Below, in pieces: positions 9,950-24,472 of a stretch of 32,000 bases of DNA. Below the pieces are notes generated by a model that did not search any database, was not told the DNA's origin, and was given only the letters and a program-made list of their open reading frames with translations. This DNA comes from Mycobacterium leprae TN. Lineage in GTDB: Bacteria > Actinomycetota > Actinomycetes > Mycobacteriales > Mycobacteriaceae. The stretch covers positions 1,710,001-1,742,000 of the forward strand of contig NC_002677.1 in NCBI RefSeq assembly GCF_000195855.1, written 5' to 3'. Numbering within the stretch: position 1 is the first letter of the stretch; each line of letters begins with the position of its first letter. A program made the translations under genes and the position numbers.

Positions 9950-11360
9950 TCAATATGCGGACAGTGCGCATGCACCTGGTTGCGATACGTTCGTTTGAGC
10001 GCTGAACAACTCACCATTGCGCCGTAATGGCAGCTAGCCAGCCATTCGCCGCCCTTCACCAGCCAGAAATGCCGATCGTCGTCGTTGAGCGGTTCCCCGT
10101 CGGTCATCGTGACACTATTTTTGCCGGCGGGTGCGAAAAATCAGCGTTAAGGAAGAGCACCCGCATCTGTTACGCGAGCCACGGAGGGCAGCATGCCAGC
10201 GATAAGTTGCCCTGCGCCTCGGCGATCTGCCAGAACGCCGAGCTAAAGACAAAGTAACCATCCAGCTGTATGCAGAACGATTGCTTCGGGTAGCCTGGAT
10301 AGGCGACGGTAATACGTTCACAAGCAGCCAATTCAATGTTGGCTAGTAAACTCTCCGATCATCGTTTCCTCCGTCGGCAACATCTTGAGGAACCTGGTGA
10401 ACAGCCGGCCCTCTTCGGTGTCGGTGCCAACAATTAGCGGCACCTAACGCACATGACCGGCCCGCATCGCCTAGGCCGGATTCATCGGCAGACAATCGTC
10501 GCCAACGACGGGACCAATCTGGTGATGGAGTCCAGCATTTTTCGCATGATCTTGCTCGATCAGAAATTGCTGTGTTGCCACCAGATGGGCCGGGGATGCC
10601 TTCATTAGCACGGCACCGGCATCCGGTGCACGCACACTAAAGTAACTTTGGCAAAACACATCGCGAACTCGTCGACAAGCTCTTCCGACCGCACCATTCC
10701 CAACACCAGGCTTGCCGAAATCGCCCGATTAAACAGGCCTTTGGCGGCAGGCACCGCAAACAGTGTTGGCTATATTATACACGCTTCGCTTTCACCGAAA
10801 ATGGTGACACGGACTGGGTCGTCGTCGAACTCCACAATATGGTCTCTCATCGATGGCAACGCCAGCACCAGATCGTGCAAATACAAGTTGCTGTCAATGG
10901 TGATATCCGGTCCAGACATCCCAGTACGTCGAGCCGGTAGCTGACTGGAAACGTACCCCCAACCCCGGCGCGCCAATGCAGCGCCGTAGTAGAGTGGGGT
11001 TGCCAAGCTGCCCAAGATGTACCCGCCCACCATGGATGCAGACCACGACCGGTGTAGTGGTTCCGCACTGGCGACTTAGGGCGTGACAAAGTTGCATGGG
11101 AGGCAGTCCTCGCCCATCGTGCTGGTACTTACCTGATACCTACCATGGTATGGCGACGCTGCTGGGGTACACAGCTGGTAAAGCTGTGACAGCTCAGCAC
11201 CCCGAACAGGGCTAGGCGGGTTGCGGTGCCCGGAATCGCAGGTGCCCCAGCGGCTGCCGGGAATACGGGATGGAGCGCCAGCGGTACACACCGTCGCGAG
11301 TGAAGCTTTCGACGGTGCAGGTGCGGATGGTGCCCTCATGTGCATAATCCGACGGTAGCC
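9950..11360 (-). pseudogene. lipT: Type B carboxylesterase (LipT-like) pseudogene
   Basis: Carboxylesterase landmarks are scattered across frames on the minus strand. They are EGTIRTCTVESFTRDGVYRWRSIPYSRQPLGHLRFRAPQ (about 11221-11340), GEDCLPCNFVTP, HGGxYILGS...YYGAALARRG, the degenerate GESAGA-region VTIFGESEACII (ORF 10770..11033), and VPLIVGTDTEEGRLF (about 10340-10440). The ends are approximate. Confidence 0.75.
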
Positions 11361-11367
11361 AACACTA

Positions 11368-11396
11368 CGAACATAATACGCGAAACATAATACGCG
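11368..11396. repeat. Imperfect tandem duplication (cgaacataatacg / cgaaacataatacg)
   Basis: The 12-nt core acataatacgcg occurs at 11371-11382 and again at 11385-11396, a 14-nt period. It lies just upstream of the lipT remnant. Confidence 0.9.
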
Positions 11397-11587
11397 CGCA
11401 GTACCTATTCCACCCATACAGGACTTCAGCGACAACCAACACCCCCGACAGTAAGCACACCTTAGGCAGTGCCAACCGCACCGACCGCCGAGGCAGCGAT
11501 CTCCGATGTCATGGCCTGGACTAAGGCCGGCCATCTAGCCGATCCGGGCTATTATCACAACGCGACGTGCGACGGTGTCATCGCTCC

Positions 11588-11609
11588 GCTCGATAGTGGC
11601 TCGATAGTG
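11588..11609. repeat. Perfect 11-bp tandem duplication (gctcgatagtg x2)
   Basis: Read directly: 11588-11598 and 11599-11609 are identical. Confidence 0.95.
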
Positions 11610-12207
11610 ACATCGCCTTGACGGCTAAGGCTGTTTCTGCATGACCGATTCCAAACACACCGGCACGCTGACCTGATTGGTCAATCTGACCCAATCTCCT
11701 GCCCCGGCTCGAAACAGCTCACGACGAATAGAAAGCCGTTTGGGCCGCCTGCAACGAAACGAATTTGCAGGTCGGGGCCACCTTCCTGGCGATCCAAGTC
11801 CGTTCATCAACGACAACAGCCCCGAATTGGTCAACGGGGACTCGTTGTTATTCGGTGACTAGCGTTTGCCTTACCAATCAATCCGGACTGCTCTTTGTCA
11901 ACTAAACACATCATTCAGCTGCCCAGTTGAGCAACACCGGGATCAAGCCGTTCGGCTGCCTACGATCCGTGCCGCCACTCGAAAGTATCAGCAAAACATT
12001 CGGCTGCTTAGTCGACTGTCGTCGTTACAACACCGACTACGTAACATGTCACACCACCGATGTCAACGACTTGATGTTTGGCTGCGGATGCCGTCGCCCA
12101 CTATAACTGGACAGTATATATGTAATTCTATTTGCAGCGACGGCCTCTACGTATGGCCACCATCTGGATAGCTTTAACAATTCGGCCTCTTCTGCTTCAA
12201 GAGTAGT

Positions 12208-12441
12208 CTATATGAGGATAAAAAACGAGGTGTCTAGAGTGCCCACTTGGGCGCCAGCCAGTTTGGCGCGCGCCGCGTAGGCAAACTGGAGGGTCAGCGC
12301 AGTTTCCTTGCGCTGATCTAAAGTAACAGTGTATCTATTAAACAAATCGATCAACTCGGCCGGGTCAATATCGCAGAAATACAGTCGAATTGCATAAGCG
12401 CATCCGCGTATTTGGACGGTGCCCTGATAGAGCTCCAGCAT
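12208..12441 (-). CDS. Hypothetical 77 aa ORF in the island; the frame stays open for 52 more codons after its TAG (to 12049)
   Basis: An ORF in AT-rich DNA, where random ORFs should be short. Reading through the TAG at 12208-12210 gives TTLEAEEAELLKLSRWWPYVEAVAANRITYILSSYSGRRHPQPNIKSLTSVV before a TGA at 12049-12051. I recognised no family. Confidence 0.3.
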   Translation of the reverse strand: MLELYQGTVQIRGCAYAIRLYFCDIDPAELIDLFNRYTVTLDQRKETALTLQFAYAARAKLAGAQVGTLDTSFFILI

Positions 12442-12561
12442 TGTTTTTCACTGACTTAGATCCCGGTCGACCAGTTAAAAAATTTCCGGAACTGCGGTGA
12501 TCATGCTTTCGCTAAGCGAAGCCATAAAAAAGTTACGATCTTCTTGACTATCCTGAGAGAG

Positions 12562-12876
12562 TCAATAATAGCCGATTAAATTCGGCACGCACGGGATGAC
12601 AATCAAGCAGATACCAGCTGCCGTAGCTCCGAACATAATGAACCCATAGCTACTGAACCGTAAATTAACTACATTAATCCATCCAAGTTGCTCAAACAAC
12701 GACACCAAAACCGCTTGCAATGTCATAGAGCCGACAGCCAAAAAAGAGCATGTATAACTGTCGCCACCAGCCCGTTCACAACGTTTCACATCGAGTCGTC
12801 CTATTTCTTTGATACACATCTGAAATACTTGTGCGGATAGCACCACAAGAATTACCGTCAATAACCCAAAAACCAA
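12562..12876 (-). CDS. Hypothetical 104 aa hydrophobic ORF (TTG start), possibly a fragment of a decayed polytopic membrane protein
   Basis: Hydrophobic segments include LVFGLLTVILVVLSAQVF, SFLAVGSMTLQAVLVSLF and GFIMFGATAAGICLIVIPCV. It is on the same strand as the neighbouring island ORFs. Confidence 0.3.
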   Translation of the reverse strand: MVFGLLTVILVVLSAQVFQMCIKEIGRLDVKRCERAGGDSYTCSFLAVGSMTLQAVLVSLFEQLGWINVVNLRFSSYGFIMFGATAAGICLIVIPCVPNLIGYY

Positions 12877-12928
12877 TACACTGTCCTATTCATCTGCAAC
12901 CGCCAAAAAGCATCCTTACAACTCTGGC

Positions 12929-13138
12929 TTAGGTAGCTGAGACGAGAAAGTCAACAAATAAGATAGTGACCGCTATACAATGATGATGGCGACGGCGATG
13001 CGTTTCACTTAGTGAGCGCGTCAACCACAAAGACACGAAATCCATGAACTCGTTAGCCACAAAGATAAACACAACCAAAGATAGCTGTTGTGCTGCCCTC
13101 ACACTCAGCAGCACACTGCCCGAGAGTAGTCTTTCCAC
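12929..13138 (-). CDS. Hypothetical 69 aa hydrophobic ORF (GTG start), possibly another fragment of the same decayed membrane protein
   Basis: It contains LSLVVFIFVANEFMDFVSLWL and IAVTILFVDFLVSAT. Further hydrophobic stretches in other minus-strand frames lie just upstream, for example MAIVLAVRYNWANTEPVETYLKNILVLILSL at about 13150-13240. Confidence 0.3.
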   Translation of the reverse strand: MERLLSGSVLLSVRAAQQLSLVVFIFVANEFMDFVSLWLTRSLSETHRRRHHHCIAVTILFVDFLVSAT

Positions 13139-13289
13139 AACCCGCTTGCTAAACAGCGGAGAGACAAAATTAGCACTAGTATATTTTTGAGATATGTCTC
13201 AACTGGCTCAGTATTAGCCCAGTTGTAACGTACAGCAAGAACAATCGCCATAAATAATGATAAAAGACCAGACTATACCTCAAGTACAA

Positions 13290-13776
13290 TGATGATCATC
13301 GAGGGCGAAAAAAGCTACGCACCACCGAGTGCCCTAGTGAAGACTTCGGCCACGATCATCAGCATAGTCACAAAGCATTTCAGCGTCACGTTCTTGATTG
13401 AGGGCTTAGTCCGCACGCCCCAGTACGGCGTGCACGGTCACCGAATCCAGATTGGGCAGGAATTTATGATATAGCTCACTTTTACACTCCTTGCCGTCAT
13501 CGAACTGTCGGGAACAACCATGTCCCAACACTATATGCCCAAGCTCGTGACACACAGTTTGATCGATGTGATACTCAAAAGTTCCCGGCCTAAGGTAGAA
13601 TTGACTTATAATCGTCATGCGTCAGCCACAAACCACACAGGCTGCCCATAGGTGCTGCTGTCTTAACCGGAATTAATCTGATCGACCGACCTCTCAACTG
13701 AGCCACGTTCCCAAATACAGGTGTCTCGGTCCTAGGGCCCCGCAGGAATCGACAACTTCCGAGCCCACGCGAGCAT
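13290..13776 (-). pseudogene. XRE-type HTH fused to an ImmA/IrrE (M78, DUF955) metallopeptidase domain, decayed
   Basis: From the ATG at 13774-13776 the frame reads MLAWARKLSIPAGP*DRDTCIWERGSVERSVDQINSG*DSSTYGQPVWFVADA*. This has an XRE HTH-like pattern (WARK..., xWERG, P-V-x-F). After a frameshift, ORF 13406..13618 carries the zinc motif CHELGHIVLGH (HEXXH). After its stop the frame continues ALNQERDAEMLCDYA, which resembles the downstream E..A..FA segment of ImmA proteins. Confidence 0.55.
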
Positions 13777-13777
13777 C

Positions 13778-16134
13778 CTAGCGTTCTATACTGTCATTCA
13801 AAGCTGCCCGCCCGCCGCAGACTCCGACACCGCGCAGGATGCCCCCGGCACCCAACACGCTCGACGACGTGGTCAACGGCTGCCATGTGCCGCTGAATAC
13901 CGTCGGCGGGATGATGGCTGCCAACCTGTGGTGTTCAGCTCGGCGTCGGGTGGTCAGTCCCGAAACGTCCACCGGGAGTCGGTCAAGTTCGTCGAGCTCG
14001 TCGACCAACAGATAGAACACATTATCGGCGGTGTCGAAAACACCGGCATCGGTCAGCCGGCGCCCATACTCACGCAGTAGACCGCGCAGCACCCAGATGA
14101 CGCGCACCACCCTGTCGCGGCGAACTTCCCGGTCGCGCAGTTGGCGGGCGGCTAACAGCGCAACAGGCATGGCCTGCCGTGGAATCCGCGGATGCTGGGG
14201 CGACGGCGCAAGAGGAGCGCTTAACGCCTTGGCCACCATCCGGACTAGTAACTCGGGATTATCAGCGTAACTGGTTGACAGCATCTCGACTTCGGCTGGA
14301 CCTCGATGCTCGATCAATGCTAGCTCAGCTAGCACGGCGGAATGAAACTCTGGCGCTTCGATTGCCAGCTTGTCAAGGCGCTCCCCCGGTTCGGCCAGCA
14401 GGCGTGTCACGTTCGGGTCGAGCCACGCCGCGCGGACCAGTCGTTGCACCGCCTCCACCGATCGCGCACTGACCAATCCTGGCCCAGCCGGAGGTGCGGT
14501 CTCTCGCCCACACAGACCGCGCAACAACACGTTGAACGCGGCGCACAACATGAATCACCCCGACGCCAACACCCAGCCGTGCATGACATGATCACGCGCC
14601 AAAAAGATCAGACTTAGCAGCCGGCGATCGTCGAGTTGGTTGACATCAACGCCGGCAAGATGTTCCAGATGATCGATATCTTCGATGTAAGTGCTGGTGT
14701 CTTGGGATGAACCGGCGCTTAGGCCAACGAGGTTGACACCGAACACCCCCATGTTGCGGAGAATGCGTAGTTTTCCTGTGGACGGGGCAGGATTCCGACG
14801 GCGGACGTTGCTTACCAAAGATCGGTAGGGAGCTCATGCTGGGACCAAAGAATCCACTATTGCTTACAATGGTTGCAGGTTTCACGAACGGCACGGTTTC
14901 GTGCCATAACATGTCCCGACGTGATGCCTCCGTACAGTCTGTGGGCAAATACCGCGACGGTGCGCATGGAGATTTCGCGCTGAATCACCCCGCCGGGCCG
15001 CAACCGCTTGGCGATGCCCACACCCCCGGCGCGCAGGCCCCGCACAGTCACCGATGAAGACGACGGCGAGAACGGACCAGGCAGCGCCTCCGACAAATTT
15101 GTGGCCAGGAAAGTAGGGAAACGCGGGTCGATTGGGGTGTCGAATTCGCCGTTACTTCCTTCTGGTCCAGCGAATTTAGGTACCACTTCATCTTCAGACG
15201 GCAAATCGACGGCAGGCAAGTGCTGAATATTGGCCAGCAGTCAGGGAACTGACATCAACCGCCCACCCAACGAAAACCGACCGCGGACCGCCAGTGCGAA
15301 GTCGTCGATGCATTCATCGACGTTCCAGACCGGCACGAATCCCCACTCATCGCGCAGCCGTGAGGTATCTATCCATGGCGCACTTTGCAAAAAGTCTAGT
15401 TCGGCCAAAAGGCCGAGGCGTCGTAGCACCGCCAACCGTGAGCCCAGCTGCACGATCGGCAGCCCGAGTCTGGCGGCAATCTGACGAAACGTCGTCTCGC
15501 CTGGCGCCGCAAGATTGACTGGACTACTATTGATCTCAGTATCCATGATTGCGTGGATGAACAACCGAAGCGCGTCGTCGGTGTGGATAACCTGCAGGGC
15601 ACGATCGGCGCTGATGTCGGGAAGCACGAGCAAGGCCAGCGCCCGGCATACCCAGTTGTCTACTCCTCGGCCGACGACTAGCGCGGATCGAATCGCGAAC
15701 CACTGCATTCCAGAATTGGCCAACATTTTCTCAACGTGGGCCTTGTGAAGGCCATCAATAGTGGCCGACGTCATAGCATCGTCCCTCGGTTGCTGGCGTC
15801 GTTGCCGCACTGTACAAGTGTGCTGAGGAAGCGAAAACGATGCTTCTGGCGCCGGTATATGGTCATCGCGTCCAGGACGTTGGGTACACCCTCTATATTG
15901 ACCTGGTCCTGTAGGCACCCGTGTCCAGGCGCAGTGAGCTACGACCTCAGCGCCCATGACAGCGCAGCGTACGGCAGCAGTGTCTCGAATGTCCACTGCG
16001 ACTAAATCAGCTGCACTCGGCTAGCTTTCGGGACGATGGCGGGCGATTCCGACGACATTGTGGCCCTGGCTGAACAGTTTGGCAGCGAGGCTGCGGCCAA
16101 GTAATCCACTTGTCCCGGTGACCGTGATTCTCAC
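13778..16134 (-). pseudogene. Rv2047c-like fusion protein (NAD-dependent epimerase N-domain plus PEP-utilising enzyme domains), frameshifted and 3'-truncated
   Basis: The GTG start at 16132-16134 is preceded by AGGAGG. The N-terminus VRITVTGTSGLLGRSLAAKLFSQGHNVVGIARHRP is a Rossmann GxxGxxG. Fragments follow in four frames: 15241..15996, 14857..15219, 14555..14818 and 13778..14551. The last ends ...GILRGVGVCGGRAALNDSIER*, just as the phosphohistidine-type domain would begin. Confidence 0.7.
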
Positions 16135-16154
16135 TGCTGCCTCCTAACTCATGC

Positions 16155-22578
<6,424 letters not shown>

Positions 22579-22907
22579 TACAAACCTCGCCTAAACATCT
22601 ATTGGTCTCAAAACGCCGAATGCGGTTCTCGCCAAGTCACAATAGGGTTCTGCACGAAGCGACGTCGTTGTTTTTTCGACCGGTATCGCTTTTTCAACCA
22701 GTTCTCGCTGCTCTCTGACCCAAGAAATGTCGCTGGTGAGCATGGCCAACTCCGGCAGGATTTCAAAACGTCGAATACTCCCAGTTTCCATGAATCGAAT
22801 TGCCGCGGTGTCTACGCCGCCACAAAATCGCGGGGCCAGGCACGCTAGACACCCACACGTCGGCAACCCTGGCAGCCTGGATCAGCACCTCACACAGTTC
22901 ACGCAGT

Positions 22908-23162
22908 TCAATCGAGCTGGCTCCTTGCATCAAGATCTTCCGCTGCCCATCGCACCTGATACATGCGATCCGACAGGTCGGCCGACAACACGACTGCGCC
23001 CGCTGGAAAAGTCCCAGCCTCACCACGGTTCACTAAGGCCCGTTGCTCGTACACGCGCTGCCGGCAAGACTGCCGACAGTATTGGTGGCACCGACTCATC
23101 CCGACATCGGTCACATCTCGACCACACCAGGGGCATGGTTGGGGCCGGAAACGACGCGTCAC
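22908..23162 (-). CDS. Small zinc-ribbon protein (position of Rv2049c), intactness uncertain
   Basis: The 84 aa ORF MTRRFRPQPCPWCGRDV...CHQYCRQSCRQRVYEQR has a CxxC...YCxxxCRxRxY pattern typical of small actinobacterial zinc-ribbon proteins. Downstream fragments in other frames (22763..23026) could mean the original gene was longer and is now frameshifted. Confidence 0.4.
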   Translation of the reverse strand: MTRRFRPQPCPWCGRDVTDVGMSRCHQYCRQSCRQRVYEQRALVNRGEAGTFPAGAVVLSADLSDRMYQVRWAAEDLDARSQLD

Positions 23163-23251
23163 GCCTGTCGAGTTTAGTCCGCTAGTCCGTTAAGGTGCGC
23201 GAACCCGGGGTATCCTTGATGTTCACGTCGCGTGCCCCTACGTGCCAGTTC

Positions 23252-23278
23252 GGGAACTACACGAACCCTCGTAACGTT
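23252..23278 (+). promoter_or_regulatory. Candidate ECF (SigE/SigH/SigR-type) promoter upstream of rbpA
   Basis: GGGAAC at 23252-23257 and CGTT at 23275-23278 are separated by 17 nt, which is GGAAC-N18-GTT. It ends 69 nt upstream of the rbpA ATG. Confidence 0.45.
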
Positions 23279-23346
23279 TGGCAGACGAAAAGAACCATCC
23301 GCACAGGAGCCAAGAGCTCACAGCACTATTTAAGGAGAGTATGCCG

Positions 23347-23682
23347 ATGGCTGATCGAGTCCTGAGAGGCAGTCGCCTCGGTGCCGTGAGCTACGAGACC
23401 GATCGCAACCACGATCTCGCGCCACGTCAGATAGCGCGGTACCGCACCGACAACGGCGAGGAGTTCGAAGTGCCCTTCGCTGACGACGCTGATATACCCG
23501 GTACCTGGCTGTGTCGCAACGGCATGGAAGGCACCCTGATCGAGGGTGACCTGCCTGAGCCGAAGATGGTCAAGCCCCCGCGTACGCACTGGGACATGCT
23601 GTTGGAGCGCCGCTCCATCGAGGAGCTCGAAGAACTACTCAAGGAGCGCTTGGACTTGATCCGGTCCCGCCGCCGCGGCTGA
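23347..23682 (+). CDS. rbpA: RNA polymerase-binding protein RbpA
   Basis: The 111 aa product [47 protein letters not shown]...[16 protein letters not shown] is nearly identical to M. tuberculosis RbpA as I remember it. AAGGAG at 23333-23338 is well spaced for the ATG at 23347 and too close to the ATG at 23341. Confidence 0.95.
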   Translation: MADRVLRGSRLGAVSYETDRNHDLAPRQIARYRTDNGEEFEVPFADDADIPGTWLCRNGMEGTLIEGDLPEPKMVKPPRTHWDMLLERRSIEELEELLKERLDLIRSRRRG

Positions 23683-24472
23683 CCGAGTTATACGCACGCC
23701 CTGTTCGAGCGCGTTGGATTCGTCCATCGATACCCCATCGAGTCACTTTGACCAGTGCCTCGCGAATGTTGGATCCGCTCATTTTAGACAGACCAAATTC
23801 ACGCTCGGTAAAAGTAATCGGCACTTCGATGATCACGAACCCGTTGTTCACAGTGCGCCAAGTGAGATCGATCTGGAAGCAATAACCCTTTGAGGCCACA
23901 CTGTCAAGATCGATTGCCTCGAGCACTTCGCGGCGATAGGCACGATAGCCGGCGGTGATGTCGTGGACGTCGATGCCGAGCGCCAACCGCGAATATTTGT
24001 TGGCCGTCTTAGACAAAGCCAGGCGCTGCCACGGCCAGTTCCGCACTGTCCCCCCATTGACATAGCGCGAACCGATAGCAAGGTCGGCTCCGGCGTCGAC
24101 GGCACCGAGTAGACGGTGTAGTTGTTCGGGCGCGTGACTTCCGTCCGCATCCATCTCCACCAGCACCGAGTAGTCCCGACTCATACCCCAGGCAAACCCT
24201 GCTAGATACGCCGTACCCAGACCATCCTTAGTGGTGCGGTGCATCACGTGGGTACAACCCGGGTCGACCTGTGCCAGCTCGTCGGCAAGTTCTCCAGTGC
24301 CATCGGGACTGCCGTCGTCCACAATGAGCACGTGTATCTCTGGGTATGCGTCCTTTAGTCGCCCATGGGTCACCGGAAGGTTCTCCAACTCATTGAATGT
24401 GGGGATGATTACCAGGACGCACTGACTGGGACGATTACCCGATATCTTGCGCGCAGGCTGGCCGGTGATCAT
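23639..24472 (-). CDS. ppm1: Polyprenol-phosphate mannosyltransferase (GT2, Ppm1 catalytic domain) as a stand-alone ORF
   Basis: GT2 motifs [21 protein letters not shown] and EMDADGSH in a 277 aa ORF. The start ATG overlaps the lnt stop (ATGA at 24469-24472). The last 44 nt overlap the 3' end of rbpA on the opposite strand. Confidence 0.9.
   Translation of the reverse strand: MITGQPARKISGNRPSQCVLVIIPTFNELENLPVTHGRLKDAYPEIHVLIVDDGSPDGTGELADELAQVDPGCTHVMHRTTKDGLGTAYLAGFAWGMSRDYSVLVEMDADGSHAPEQLHRLLGAVDAGADLAIGSRYVNGGTVRNWPWQRLALSKTANKYSRLALGIDVHDITAGYRAYRREVLEAIDLDSVASKGYCFQIDLTWRTVNNGFVIIEVPITFTEREFGLSKMSGSNIREALVKVTRWGIDGRIQRARTGRAYNSVSRGGGTGSSPSAP

Larger units (their letters stand above)
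11870..13800. other. A+T-rich compositional island (candidate horizontally acquired or mobile-element remnant)
   Basis: A hand count of 12841-12940 gives 43 G+C per 100 nt. The flanking Rv2047c-like remnant gives 70 per 100 at 14041-14140. Every ORF of 60 aa or more within 12.2-13.65 kb is on the minus strand. The upper boundary is sharp, near 13800, where homology to the PEP-utilising domain stops. The lower boundary is diffuse. Confidence 0.6.

Noticed and set aside
8619-9950. About 1.3 kb between pncA and the lipT remnant with only short ORFs (8940..9281 and 9339..9530); a possible Rv2044c remnant
   Set aside because: I recognised no motif or homology in any frame. It is treated as unassigned decayed DNA rather than a feature.
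11495-11550. Possible RLEP-type dispersed repeat. The string gatgtcatggcctgga partly resembles an RLEP PCR primer as I remember it.
   Set aside because: Only about 13 nt of similarity to a sequence recalled from memory, with no second copy in the window to compare. It cannot be supported without a genome-wide search.
22591-22866. 91 aa minus-strand ORF between pks12 and the zinc-ribbon ORF
   Set aside because: No recognisable motif. It overlaps fragments that may belong to a longer frameshifted version of the zinc-ribbon gene, so there is not enough evidence to call it a separate gene.
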